Assembly (NCBI GenBank): GCA_963665275.2 | Contig: CAXXIN010000003.1 | Span: 96,001-160,000, forward strand | Direction: 5' to 3' | Length of the DNA: 64,000 bases | Source of the DNA: Negativicutes bacterium | Lineage (GTDB): Bacteria > Bacillota > Negativicutes > UBA1444 | Shown: positions 10,245-20,221 of the stretch, piece by piece | Layout of the letters: each line of letters starts with the position of its first letter | How positions within the stretch are numbered: the first letter of the stretch is position 1 | Program-made: the position numbers and the translations under genes | Notes under the pieces: generated by a model | Database searches by the model: none | Told to the model about the DNA's origin: nothing | Seen by the model: only the letters and a program-made list of their open reading frames with translations

Positions 10245-11300
10245 TTATTTCGCAGATGATTTTTTCACTTCTGCGAGGATGGAATCAACTGTGGCTTTGC
10301 CAATCTTGTCGGTATACTCGGCATATACGGGCTGCACAGCATCCTGGAACGCTTTGAGTTGTTCCGGGGTCAATGCGGTCACGGTCATGCCGGCTTCCTT
10401 CAGTTTGGAAATTTGCGAATCGTTCATTTCCTTGCTGATGGTTCGGACATAGTCGCGGGCGACATACGCTGCATCCTGGAATACTTTCTGGTCTTCCTTA
10501 GGCATTCCATCCCAGGTCTTTTTGCTGATGATCAGCAGATGCGGGGTGTAGACGTGACCGGTCAGGGTCACAAATTTCTGTACTTCATTATATTTTGACA
10601 GATAAATGGTCGGAATCGGATTTTCCTGTCCGTCAACAGTCTTTTGCTGCATAGCGGTGAACAGTTCGCTGAAAGGCATCGGGGTAGGGTTGGCGCCGAG
10701 GGCTTTCCATGTCGCCAAGTGAATCGGGTTCTGCATGACGCGGATTTTCAGGCCTTTCACGTCAGCAGGTACTTTGACTTCGTGTGCGCTATTTGTCAGA
10801 TGACGGAATCCATTTTCCCAGTACGCAAGGCCTTTTAGGCCCTTGGCTTCCATTTTGTCGAGCAGGGCCTGGCCGGCCGGGCCATCCATGACTTTGTATG
10901 CGACTGTCGTATTCGGGAACAGGAACGGCAGATCAAACACGCCGAGTTCTGGCACGATACCGGTCAGTGGCGAAGACGATGGTCCTGTCATTTCCAGATT
11001 ACCCATACGGGCGGCTTCGGTCGTCTTAACGTCGTCGCCGAGCTGGGCATTGGCATACAGCTGGATATCATATTTGCCAGGGAGTTTCTTGTCGATTTCT
11101 TCCTTGAATTTTTTCAGGCCGAGGAACTCGGGGTGCACTTCGTTCAGACCGATACTGATGCGGATTACTTTGGCGCCGGTTGTCGCTGCTTTCGCCGGAT
11201 CAGCTTTTGCTTCCGGTTTCTTGTCTGAGGACAGACAGCCTGTCAGTAGGGTTGTTGCCATCACCATGACCATTGCGAGAACGAACCATTTTTTGCTCAC
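10245..11300 (-). CDS. dctP: TRAP transporter substrate-binding lipoprotein
   Basis: Lipobox LTGC; ENGFRH, GLKIRV and VDGQENP motifs. Confidence 0.92.
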   Translation of the reverse strand: MSKKWFVLAMVMVMATTLLTGCLSSDKKPEAKADPAKAATTGAKVIRISIGLNEVHPEFLGLKKFKEEIDKKLPGKYDIQLYANAQLGDDVKTTEAARMGNLEMTGPSSSPLTGIVPELGVFDLPFLFPNTTVAYKVMDGPAGQALLDKMEAKGLKGLAYWENGFRHLTNSAHEVKVPADVKGLKIRVMQNPIHLATWKALGANPTPMPFSELFTAMQQKTVDGQENPIPTIYLSKYNEVQKFVTLTGHVYTPHLLIISKKTWDGMPKEDQKVFQDAAYVARDYVRTISKEMNDSQISKLKEAGMTVTALTPEQLKAFQDAVQPVYAEYTDKIGKATVDSILAEVKKSSAK

Positions 11301-11393
11301 TCTTTTTCCCCCTCTTTTCTTGTCGTGTTGGTTTTTATCGATGCGGCTTTCCGCCGCAAAAACCCGTGTTCAAATCCATGACTTTGGGTTAAG

Positions 11394-12677
11394 TTAGTTG
11401 GTGAACAGGTTGGGAATGAACGTAACCAAACTGGGAATATAGGTAATCAGCAGCAAAACCGTGATCATCACGCCGATAAACGGCAACAGGGGTTTCGTGA
11501 TCTGACCCATCGAGATTTTCGACAGGCCGCAGCCAACGTACAGAACTGTGCCGACAGGCGGCGTAATCAGCCCAATACAGAGGTTAACGCACATGACCAC
11601 GCCGAAATATACAGGGTCAAGGCCATAACTTTCGGCAACCGGCAACAGCATCGGTGCGAGAATGAGCAACGCCGGTGTAAGGTCCATGACGCAGCCGACG
11701 ATCAACAGCAACACATTAATCCAGAACATGGCAAGCAACACATTGCCGCCTGCAAGTTCGTTAAGTGTACGCAACAGCATCAGGGGAACCTGAGCGGTGG
11801 TAATCATATAGCCAGCCGCAGTAGCTGCCCCGCAGACGAGCAGGACGATGGCCGTTCCTTTGCCGGACATGACCAGAATTTCAGGCATCTGAGATATTTT
11901 CAGTTCCTTGTAAACAAACATCCCAATGAAAAACGCATAGACTACCGCGACCACAGCGGCTTCAGTCGGTGTATAGACGCCGGAAACGATACCGCCCAGG
12001 ATAATGATCGGCAGCATCAACGCCCAGCCTGCCTCTTTAACTGCAGTCATCATCTCAGCACGGGTTTGGCGGTGACCGACGGCCTTGTACCCCATTTTCT
12101 TCGCATGAAAGTACCAGACGATCATCAAGCCGACGCCGATCAGGATGCCGGGAACGATTCCACCCAGGAACAGTTTGACGATCGACACGCCGGCAACAAC
12201 CCCGAACAGAATCATCGGAATGCTTGGCGGGATGATCGGTCCGATCGTTCCGGCCGAGGCAATAAGCGCCGTACTCTTGGGTACATCATAGCCTTCTTTT
12301 TTCATGATCGGTAACAGAATTGATCCGATGGCCGACGTATCAGCAACGGCCGACCCGGAAACGCCGGCGAAGATCATGCTGGCAACAACCGAAACATAAC
12401 CCAGGCCGCCGGTCACATGGCCGACCAAGGCGTTGGCAAAATTAACAATTCGTCTTGACATCCCGCCTACATTCATGATTTCCCCCGCCAGCATGAAGAA
12501 CGGGATCGCCATTAATGGAAAGTTATCGATGCCGCGATAAACGCTGGACGCAATGTTCGCTGAGGACAATTCGCCTGCAAACACCATGAGAACGATCGTT
12601 GTCAGGATCAAACTAAACGCAATCGGGATGTTGAGAAATATGAACCCAAACAGACTCGATAAGAAGGTGCTTAACAT
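11394..12677 (-). CDS. dctM: TRAP transporter large permease
   Basis: AIPFFMLAG, SGSAVAD, IIPPSIPMI, TPTEAA and ITPPVG motifs. Confidence 0.93.
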   Translation of the reverse strand: MLSTFLSSLFGFIFLNIPIAFSLILTTIVLMVFAGELSSANIASSVYRGIDNFPLMAIPFFMLAGEIMNVGGMSRRIVNFANALVGHVTGGLGYVSVVASMIFAGVSGSAVADTSAIGSILLPIMKKEGYDVPKSTALIASAGTIGPIIPPSIPMILFGVVAGVSIVKLFLGGIVPGILIGVGLMIVWYFHAKKMGYKAVGHRQTRAEMMTAVKEAGWALMLPIIILGGIVSGVYTPTEAAVVAVVYAFFIGMFVYKELKISQMPEILVMSGKGTAIVLLVCGAATAAGYMITTAQVPLMLLRTLNELAGGNVLLAMFWINVLLLIVGCVMDLTPALLILAPMLLPVAESYGLDPVYFGVVMCVNLCIGLITPPVGTVLYVGCGLSKISMGQITKPLLPFIGVMITVLLLITYIPSLVTFIPNLFTN

Positions 12678-13174
12678 GAGGTACCCTCCCGAAAGTGAGT
12701 TTTTCCTGTCAGCAAATAAAAAGTTTTGAGCATTACCTGGAGCATCATCAAGCCACAGGTGAACGGTACGATGAAGTATACATATCCCTGAGGTATTTCC
12801 GCTGCAGAGGAAAGCCAGTCGAAATTATCCCGCATCAGCAGGTATCCGCCTTCCATAACTGCATACAATGCGAACAGAATCAGCAGGTTGGTGCAGACAG
12901 CGACCCCTACCCGCAAGGTATGCGGAAACTTCGCCACGAGGATGTCCAGTCCCAGATGTTCGTCATTGATATAAGCCAGGAAGGACCCGATGAACACCAG
13001 CCAGACCAGCATAAACCGGGCCACTTCCTCCGACCACGCCAAGGAGGCGTGCAAATAGTAACGGCTGACTACATTCGAGAACACAATGACGACCATCATT
13101 ACCAACAGAACGATAACCGTCCATCGCATCATTTTTTGAATTGCCCCGTAAATGAAATCTATGGCTTTTATCAC
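12671..13174 (-). CDS. dctQ: TRAP transporter small permease
   Basis: VVSRY, WSEEVAR, HLGLD; four TM segments. Confidence 0.9.
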   Translation of the reverse strand: MIKAIDFIYGAIQKMMRWTVIVLLVMMVVIVFSNVVSRYYLHASLAWSEEVARFMLVWLVFIGSFLAYINDEHLGLDILVAKFPHTLRVGVAVCTNLLILFALYAVMEGGYLLMRDNFDWLSSAAEIPQGYVYFIVPFTCGLMMLQVMLKTFYLLTGKTHFREGTSC

Positions 13175-13195
13175 ATTGCACCCCTCACTTGGCGA

Positions 13196-14086
13196 TTATT
13201 TCTTGCGTGCTTCCACTTTCGCCAGCTTCTCGTAGAACTCAACGATGCCGGAGTGGTCGTTCTGCCCTTTGCCATCCACTTTCAAGGCCTGCAGGATTTC
13301 CATGACGGATGCGGTCAGAGGCAGGGGAACGCCCACGTCGTGACCCGTTTCAATGGCATTGGCCAGATCCTTGATATGCAGGTCGATCTTGAAGCCTGGC
13401 TTGAAATTGCCTGCGAGCATCATCGGACCTTTCGCTTCCATCACCGTGCTGCCTGCGAGGCCGCCGCGGATGGCGTTGAATACGAGTTCCGGGTCGACAC
13501 CGGCCTTGGTTGCCAGCACAAAAGCTTCGGATACTGCCGCGATATTGAGCGCGACGACGATCTGGTTCGCCAGTTTGGTGGTGTTGCCTGCGCCGATTTC
13601 GCCGCACAGTACGACCGATTTGCCCATCTTCGACAATAGTTCGGCGCAACGCTCGAACAGTTCTTTTTTGCCGCCGACCATGATGGACAACGTGCCGTCG
13701 ATTGCTTTGGGTTCTCCGCCGCTGACCGGCGCGTCCAGCATTTCAACGCCTTTTTTCGCCACAGCCGCCGCCACTTCCTGCGAAGCAAGCGGCGCAATGG
13801 AACTCATGTCAATGAGAACCAGACCTGCCTTAGCGCCTTCGAGGACGCCGTTTTCACCGAGGATGGCGGTTTTCACATGCGGGGAGTTCGGCAGCATGGT
13901 GATGACGACTTCCGACTGCATGGCGACATCTTTGGAGGTCGGCGCCGACTTGGCGCCTGCGGCCACGACTTCTTTCACTGCGTCCTGGTTGATGTCGAAT
14001 ACGACGAGTTCATAGCCAGCCTTAAGCAAATTCTTGGCCATCGGTTTTCCCATGATACCAAGACCGATAAATCCGATTTTTTTCAT
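13196..14086 (-). CDS. garR: 2-hydroxy-3-oxopropionate (tartronate semialdehyde) reductase
   Basis: IGFIGLGIMGKPMAKNL, ITMLPNSPHVK, DAPVSGGEPKAIDGTL, KLANQ, FKIDLHIKDL: GarR-subfamily signature. Confidence 0.85.
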   Translation of the reverse strand: MKKIGFIGLGIMGKPMAKNLLKAGYELVVFDINQDAVKEVVAAGAKSAPTSKDVAMQSEVVITMLPNSPHVKTAILGENGVLEGAKAGLVLIDMSSIAPLASQEVAAAVAKKGVEMLDAPVSGGEPKAIDGTLSIMVGGKKELFERCAELLSKMGKSVVLCGEIGAGNTTKLANQIVVALNIAAVSEAFVLATKAGVDPELVFNAIRGGLAGSTVMEAKGPMMLAGNFKPGFKIDLHIKDLANAIETGHDVGVPLPLTASVMEILQALKVDGKGQNDHSGIVEFYEKLAKVEARKK

Positions 14087-14132
14087 AATATTAGCCTCCC
14101 AATCAGTTGATATTTTTATTTTTCGTCGAAGC

Positions 14133-15065
14133 CTATTTCAGCAGTCCTTTGACTTTCGCTGTAATGGCCTGTGCCGTCAATCCGTAGTGAACCAGCAATT
14201 CCTCATAGTTCAGCGCCGAGGTGCCGAATACATCTTCGATACCGACGAAGTCAAGCGGAGCTCCTTTTTCAAGCCGGAGAGCTTCTGCAATGGCGCTGCC
14301 CAGCCCGCCGATGACGCTGTGTTCTTCCGCCGTGACCACTGCTTTCATTCCTTTGGCGCACTCGATGACCGCTTTTCTGTCGAGCGGTTTGACCGAGCTC
14401 ACATTGACGACTTTCACCGAAACGCCTTCGGCCGCCAATTCTTCCGCTGCTGTCAGCGCCCGGGAAACCATGACGCCGTTAGCGAATACGACAACATCTT
14501 TTCCTTCGCGTATCGTATAGAGCTTACCGATTTCAAACGGAGTATCCGTCGGGGTCAGAATTGGCAGGTCGTTGCGGTTGATGCGGATGTATACGGGGCC
14601 GGGTTGGTTGACCATGGCCGCTACCATTTTGGTGGTTTCCACCGCGTCAACAGGAACGAGCACTGTCATGCCGGGAATCCCGCGCATCAAACCCATATCT
14701 TCAACCGATTGATGGGTCGAGCCGTCGCCGTAATCGGACAGACCGGCGCTCGAACCACAGATCTTCACATTCAGTCCGGCGATGGAAATTGTCTGGCGCA
14801 GCTGGTCATAGCAACGTCCGGTGGAAAATACCGCGAACGAATTGATGAAAGGGATTTTGCCTGTCAGAGAAAGCCCCGCCGCAGTCGACGCCATGTTCGC
14901 TTCGGCGATGCTCATTTCAAAATAGCGTTCCGGATAGGCAATTTGGAATAGATTGGACATTGTGGACTTGCCGAGGTCGGCTTCCAGCACCACAATGTTC
15001 TTGTTGTCTTTGCCCAGTGCTACCAGGGCCTCGCCGTAAGCGGTCCGCAAACTGTTCGTAGCCAT
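14133..15065 (-). CDS. Transketolase, C-terminal (beta) subunit
   Basis: IAEANM, DGSTHQ, GPVYIR and EEHSVIGGLG motifs. Confidence 0.9.
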   Translation of the reverse strand: MATNSLRTAYGEALVALGKDNKNIVVLEADLGKSTMSNLFQIAYPERYFEMSIAEANMASTAAGLSLTGKIPFINSFAVFSTGRCYDQLRQTISIAGLNVKICGSSAGLSDYGDGSTHQSVEDMGLMRGIPGMTVLVPVDAVETTKMVAAMVNQPGPVYIRINRNDLPILTPTDTPFEIGKLYTIREGKDVVVFANGVMVSRALTAAEELAAEGVSVKVVNVSSVKPLDRKAVIECAKGMKAVVTAEEHSVIGGLGSAIAEALRLEKGAPLDFVGIEDVFGTSALNYEELLVHYGLTAQAITAKVKGLLK

Positions 15066-15066
15066 C

Positions 15067-15912
15067 TTATGCCCTCCCTTTCCGGATGTTGTCCAGATCA
15101 CACAGGGCCGTCTTGCACTGCTCCGCGCTCAACATTCCGTTGTGGAACGCCGCATTGTTTTCGGCGAAAGAAATGCATTTCCCTTTGACGGTCTGCGCCA
15201 GGATGACCGAAGGGCGCCCCTTGACTTGCTCGGCGGCATCGAACGCCTTGAGCAGCGCAGACACATCATGTCCGTCCACCTCGATGGCATTCCAGCCGAA
15301 AGCTTCCCATTTTGGACGAATGGGGTTAAGATCGAACCGGTCCTTGATCGCGCCGGTAGCCTGCAATCGGTTGCAGTCGACGATGGCGGTGATATTGTCG
15401 ATCTTGAAGTTGGAAGCCGCCATGGCCGCTTCCCAGATCTGCCCTTCAGCCTGTTCGCCGTCGCCCACGATCACATATACGCGACGAGGGCTGCCATCGA
15501 GCCGGAGTCCGAGCGCCATGCCGTTGGCGACCGACAGACCTTGCCCGAGCGAACCGGTATTGGCCTCGATTCCCGGCGTCTTGGTCATGTCGGGATGTCC
15601 CTGCAGCATCGCTCCAAGCGATTTCACTTTCTTCAGCTCACTCTGCGGGAAATAGCCGGCCAAGGCCAGCGCCGCATACTGGACGAGAGCCGCATGCCCC
15701 TTGCTCAGGAGGAAGCGGTCACGATCAGGATTCTTCGGATTCTTGGAATCATGTTTCATTTTGTGAAAATAAAGCGCCGCCACGATGTCCGCCGAAGAGC
15801 AGGACCCGCCAAGGTGCCCCACTTTCCCTTCGCCGATGAGATCGGTCACAATCAGTTCTCGCATTTCCAGCGCTTTGTCCTCAATCGAACGGATAACTTC
15901 TGCTGCTATCAT
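15067..15912 (-). CDS. Transketolase, N-terminal (alpha) subunit
   Basis: GHLGGS, DRFLLSKGHA, TGSLGQG; ThDP motif GDGE...N. Confidence 0.9.
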   Translation of the reverse strand: MIAAEVIRSIEDKALEMRELIVTDLIGEGKVGHLGGSCSSADIVAALYFHKMKHDSKNPKNPDRDRFLLSKGHAALVQYAALALAGYFPQSELKKVKSLGAMLQGHPDMTKTPGIEANTGSLGQGLSVANGMALGLRLDGSPRRVYVIVGDGEQAEGQIWEAAMAASNFKIDNITAIVDCNRLQATGAIKDRFDLNPIRPKWEAFGWNAIEVDGHDVSALLKAFDAAEQVKGRPSVILAQTVKGKCISFAENNAAFHNGMLSAEQCKTALCDLDNIRKGRA

Positions 15913-15948
15913 CGGAACCTCCCCTTCTATATTTAGTGATTCTGCGCC

Positions 15949-16998
15949 CTAGTCAATCGGCGTCAGAACGATCTTCAGTCCTTCTTTGGATTCCATCAGA
16001 TCAAAGCCTTTTTGCCACTGATCGAGAGGCAATTCGTGCGTCACGATTTCGCTCAGATCGACAGTTCTTTCTCCCATCAGCACCAGGCATTTTTCCCATA
16101 CGTCCCAGTTGTGGCTGAAAGTCCCCTGCAACGCCACGGCTTTGGAAATAAGCTGATCGAGCGAGAAACCTACCGGTCCGGGTCCCCAGCCAATCTTGTT
16201 GATCTGGCCGCAGGGGCGGACTACGTCAAGCGACAGTTTCAGGGTCGGCGAGAATCCGGCCGCATCCACCACCAAATCAGCGCCATAACCGTCACGCATT
16301 CCCATGATAATAGAGACGGGGTCTTGTTTCGAACTGTTGATGGTCATCGTTGCTCCGAGTTTTTTCGCGATTTCCATGCGGGCATCATCACCGTCGGTCC
16401 CGATAACGACGATATCCGAGGCGCCGAGGATGGAAGCCATCTTGGTGCAGAGCAGGCCGATGGGCCCCGGTCCGATGATGACAACCAAGTCGCCCGGTTT
16501 CAGCGGCGAGTGTTTGACAAGCGAGCTGTATGCCACGCAGAAGGGTTCCGTCAAGGAAGCTTCTTTCAGGCTGACGTTGTCAGGCACTTTGTGCAGGATG
16601 CGGCTTGGAACTTTGACATATTTGGCGAACGCGCCATCGATCTGGAACCCGTATCCCTTACGCTCGCGGCACACATGGTAGTTGTTGGTCCGGCACATGA
16701 CACACTTGCCGCAGAAATCGGCGTGCGTCTCGGATGTCACGCGGTCGCCGACTTTCCAGCCTTTGACGTTGGCGCCGACCTGGGCGATGGTACCGGCGAA
16801 TTCATGCCCCAGAATCAAAGGCACATTGACCTTGTAAGACACTTTGTTGTGGTGCATGTGGGGATCGCTGCCGCAAATCCCGATATAGGCTGTTTCGACC
16901 AGCACGTCGTCCTGTCCGATCGTCGGAACAGGAACTTCGCGGACTTCCGTGGCGCCTGCCACATTGTCATACTTCACGACTGCTTTCATCATTTTCAT
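15949..16998 (-). CDS. Zn-dependent medium-chain (polyol/sugar-acid) dehydrogenase
   Basis: GICGSD, GHEF, structural Zn motif CGKCVMC...C, GPGPIG. Confidence 0.88.
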   Translation of the reverse strand: MKMMKAVVKYDNVAGATEVREVPVPTIGQDDVLVETAYIGICGSDPHMHHNKVSYKVNVPLILGHEFAGTIAQVGANVKGWKVGDRVTSETHADFCGKCVMCRTNNYHVCRERKGYGFQIDGAFAKYVKVPSRILHKVPDNVSLKEASLTEPFCVAYSSLVKHSPLKPGDLVVIIGPGPIGLLCTKMASILGASDIVVIGTDGDDARMEIAKKLGATMTINSSKQDPVSIIMGMRDGYGADLVVDAAGFSPTLKLSLDVVRPCGQINKIGWGPGPVGFSLDQLISKAVALQGTFSHNWDVWEKCLVLMGERTVDLSEIVTHELPLDQWQKGFDLMESKEGLKIVLTPID

Positions 16999-17729
16999 AT
17001 TCTCATTCCTTTCGCCTTTATCTGTCCATCTGATTCATCAGGAAATTTTCGGGAAACATCTTCGATCGTGGTCGCGATATGTTCCTGCATCCAGCGCCTG
17101 GCCTGATCGGAATCTTTGTCGCGAATCGCCTCGAAAATAAGGAGATGATACTTCAGTGCCCGATCGATACCCATGAGTTCATTGATCTTGCGATAATAGC
17201 TGACCAGAACATCCCGGATAACGTTGGACACATTGAACAGCAGGGAGTTCTTCGTTGCCCGGGCAATATCCAGATGGAATTTCATATCGGCAATGGCAAA
17301 TTCCAGCTCCGGGCGACCGATCTTGTTCATCTCACCTAAAGTTTGCAGCAAATGCGCAATATCGGTTTCATCGGCATTGCGGGCAGCCAGCGCCGCATTC
17401 TCCGGTTCCACGATTCGCCGGTATTCGAGAATATCCATCATGCTCTTGCGGTTCCAGACCAACATCGGCAAGAGTGAGTTCATGAACATTCCTGGTGTTA
17501 CCATCAGTACGAAGCTTCCTTCTCCCTGCCGCGTCTGAGTGATACCCATGGTGTTGAGTTTTCGCAGTGCTTCCCGGATCGGCACGCGGCTGACGCCGAA
17601 CATCTGCCCCAGTTCGTTTTCCGAGGGCAGCTTGGTTCCCGGTGGCCAAATCCCGTTCAAGATGTTATCAAGCATCTGGTCATAGACCTGACACCCCACA
17701 CCTCTTTTATCGATAGGAACGATAACCAA
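16995..17729 (-). CDS. GntR/FadR-family regulator
   Basis: LPSENEL...GVSRVPIREAL HTH and FCD domain (FHLDIARAT, H...IFEAI). Confidence 0.9.
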   Translation of the reverse strand: MVIVPIDKRGVGCQVYDQMLDNILNGIWPPGTKLPSENELGQMFGVSRVPIREALRKLNTMGITQTRQGEGSFVLMVTPGMFMNSLLPMLVWNRKSMMDILEYRRIVEPENAALAARNADETDIAHLLQTLGEMNKIGRPELEFAIADMKFHLDIARATKNSLLFNVSNVIRDVLVSYYRKINELMGIDRALKYHLLIFEAIRDKDSDQARRWMQEHIATTIEDVSRKFPDESDGQIKAKGMRI

Positions 17730-17872
17730 TCCATAACCTCCATCTGTGTCGAAAAATTCAAGTCGGGAAAAACCAGGTAGGTTGTAATACAGGTTACAGG
17801 TTATAATTTTCTGTATTAATTTCTATATTCCTGCTAATTGAAATAATATTTATTTTTTTATTTTTATGTAGC

Positions 17873-17905
17873 AAAAAAGACGAAAGCTCAAGCCTTCGTC
17901 TTTTT
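17873..17905. terminator. Intrinsic terminator downstream of serS
   Basis: AAAAAGACGAA / TTCGTCTTTTT hairpin. Confidence 0.65.
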
Positions 17906-17981
17906 GTTTTCGTTGATTCAGTCTATACAGCGTATACTATTTATTTTTTATCATCAATATGCTAGCCGAATATCCGGTTTA

Positions 17982-19250
17982 CTAGCGGATCACGTCAACG
18001 CCCATGTAGGAGCGCAGGGCATCCGGCACCACAACAGAACCGTCTTCCTGCTGGTAGTTTTCCAGAATAGCGGCCACCGTCCGGCCAACAGCCACACCCG
18101 AACCGTTCAGGGTATGGACGTATTCCGGCTTGGCCTTGGGCTCGCGGCGGAATTTGATTTCCGCGCGCCGTGCCTGATAATCTTCGAAGTTGGAACAGGA
18201 CGAAATCTCACGGTAGCAGTCGGCGCTCGGCAGCCAAACTTCGAGATCATAGGTCTTGGCGGAAGAGAAGCCCATGTCGCCTGTACACAGCAAAATTTTT
18301 CGATACGGCAGTTCCAGTCGTTGCAATACCTTCTCCGCGTTGAGGGTCAGTTTTTCCAGTTCGGCATACGAATTTTCCGGTTTCGTGAATTTGACCATCT
18401 CAACTTTGTTGAACTGGTGCTGGCGAATCAGGCCGCGGGTGTCGCGTCCGGCCGCCCCGGCTTCGGCCCGGAAACAGGCGCTATAGGCAGTGTAGTAAAG
18501 AGGCAGGTCTTTGCCGTCGAGGATTTCGCCGCGATGATAGTTGGTAATCGGCACTTCCGCCGTCGGAATCAGGTAATATTCGTAGCCTTCCAGCTTGAAC
18601 ATGTCTTCGGCGAACTTCGGCAGCTGTCCGGTGCCGATCATGCTTTCCCTGTTGACGATGAACGGAGGGAAAAACTCGGTATAGCCGTGTTCCAGCGTAT
18701 GCAGATCGATCATGAAGCTGATCAAAGAACGCTCCAGCCGCGATCCCAGACCTTTGTAAAAGGTGAAACGTGCGCCGGACACCTTGCCGCCCCGTTCGAA
18801 ATCTAGAATGCCCAGTTTTTCGCCGATATCCCAGTGCGCCAATGGGGCTTTGTCGAACTTGCGCGGCTGGCCCCAGCGCAGAATTTCCGGATTGGACTCT
18901 TCATCGGCGCCCACCGGCACAGATTCGTGCGGGATGTTCGGGATATACAGCAATATGGATGTCAGTTTGGTTTCGATTTCCTTGAGTTCCGTATCCAATG
19001 CGGCAATCCGGTCCCCGACGCCGCGCATCTCCAGGATCAGCCCCTCGGCATCGAGCCCTGATTTCTTCAGTCGACTGACTTCCTGCGACACTGTGTTGCG
19101 CTTGCTTTTCAGCGCTTCCACTTCGACCAGCAGTTCCCGGCGTTTTCGTTCCATCCCGATGAACTCGGTTAGATCCACCGACGCGTTCCGGTTCTGCAAC
19201 GCCTGCTCCACCACAGGCAGATTGTCGCGGACAAATTTCAAATCCAGCAT
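17982..19250 (-). CDS. serS: Serine--tRNA ligase
   Basis: [40 protein letters not shown] and HTLNGSG motifs. Confidence 0.97.
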   Translation of the reverse strand: MLDLKFVRDNLPVVEQALQNRNASVDLTEFIGMERKRRELLVEVEALKSKRNTVSQEVSRLKKSGLDAEGLILEMRGVGDRIAALDTELKEIETKLTSILLYIPNIPHESVPVGADEESNPEILRWGQPRKFDKAPLAHWDIGEKLGILDFERGGKVSGARFTFYKGLGSRLERSLISFMIDLHTLEHGYTEFFPPFIVNRESMIGTGQLPKFAEDMFKLEGYEYYLIPTAEVPITNYHRGEILDGKDLPLYYTAYSACFRAEAGAAGRDTRGLIRQHQFNKVEMVKFTKPENSYAELEKLTLNAEKVLQRLELPYRKILLCTGDMGFSSAKTYDLEVWLPSADCYREISSCSNFEDYQARRAEIKFRREPKAKPEYVHTLNGSGVAVGRTVAAILENYQQEDGSVVVPDALRSYMGVDVIR

Positions 19251-19302
19251 GAAAGTCCCTCCGTTCCGTCACGGCAGGACTTGCACCTGCCACATCCCAT
19301 AT

Positions 19303-19332
19303 ATTGTAGCACTTTGGTCAAAACAGCGTCAA
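19303..19332 (-). promoter_or_regulatory. SigA-type promoter of serS
   Basis: TTGACG-N18-TACAAT with extended -10 TG. Confidence 0.55.
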
Positions 19333-19357
19333 TGCGACAATTGATGCAAACGAAGGC

Positions 19358-20221
19358 TTAAGAAAGCTCCTGCATCAGCGCGCGGATGTCCGCCCCCGCC
19401 GCCGGTCGCTCTACCAGCGTTTTTTCCTGTAGCTGAGGAATGGATTCTTCCAGCGTCATCCTCTTCTCCTGGTAAAAAACCCCCGTAGGAATTCGATCTC
19501 CCCACTCCGCGCCAACCTGTTGGGCCTGTTGGAGATTGGATGGATCGTAGCCTCCTCCGGCATCAATGCGGTAGATGCGCTTCTGATACCATTCGTAGGA
19601 ATTGAGTTTATTGAACGAAACACACGGCTGCAAAATATCCACCACCGAAAACCCCTTGTGACGGACAGCTGCCACCATCGTATCCGACAGATGCGCAAGA
19701 TCTCCGGCATAAGACCGCGCCACGAACGTCGCTCCCACCGACAACGCCAGTTTCACGATATTGATCGGCCGTTCCACGTTGCCCAGCGGCGCCGGGCTGA
19801 ACTTCGTCACCGCACCCAGTTCGCTGGTCGGTGAAGTCTGCCCCTTGGTCAGTCCGTAGATCTGGTTGTTATGAATGAAATAACTGATGTCGAGGTTGCG
19901 CCGGGCCGTGTGCACAAAGTGACCCATCCCCAGACCCATACCGTCGCCGTCGCCGCCGTCCACGATCACCGTCAGTCGGTGGTTGGCCAGTTTCACTCCG
20001 GTTGCTACAGGCATCGTCCGCCCGTGCAGCGTCTCGATGCGGTACATGTTGGTATACTGGGCGATTTTCGAGGAACAGCCGATACCCGTCACCTGCACCG
20101 TTTGTTCCAGATCGAGATCCAGCACCGAACAAGCTTTCTTCAATGCGTTCAGGATTCCAAAGTTACCGCAGCCGGGGCACCAAGTCGACGTGTAAGTAGA
20201 AGCAAAATCCTTGGCGGTCAT
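19358..20221 (-). CDS. 2-oxoacid:ferredoxin oxidoreductase beta subunit
   Basis: WCPGCGN, GIGCSS, TLHGR, GGDGD, NNQIYGLTKGQTSPT. Confidence 0.92.
   Translation of the reverse strand: MTAKDFASTYTSTWCPGCGNFGILNALKKACSVLDLDLEQTVQVTGIGCSSKIAQYTNMYRIETLHGRTMPVATGVKLANHRLTVIVDGGDGDGMGLGMGHFVHTARRNLDISYFIHNNQIYGLTKGQTSPTSELGAVTKFSPAPLGNVERPINIVKLALSVGATFVARSYAGDLAHLSDTMVAAVRHKGFSVVDILQPCVSFNKLNSYEWYQKRIYRIDAGGGYDPSNLQQAQQVGAEWGDRIPTGVFYQEKRMTLEESIPQLQEKTLVERPAAGADIRALMQELS

Noticed and set aside
19251-19357. T-box leader for serS
   Set aside because: Only about 100 bp of intergenic space, a promoter close to the start, and no T-box consensus.
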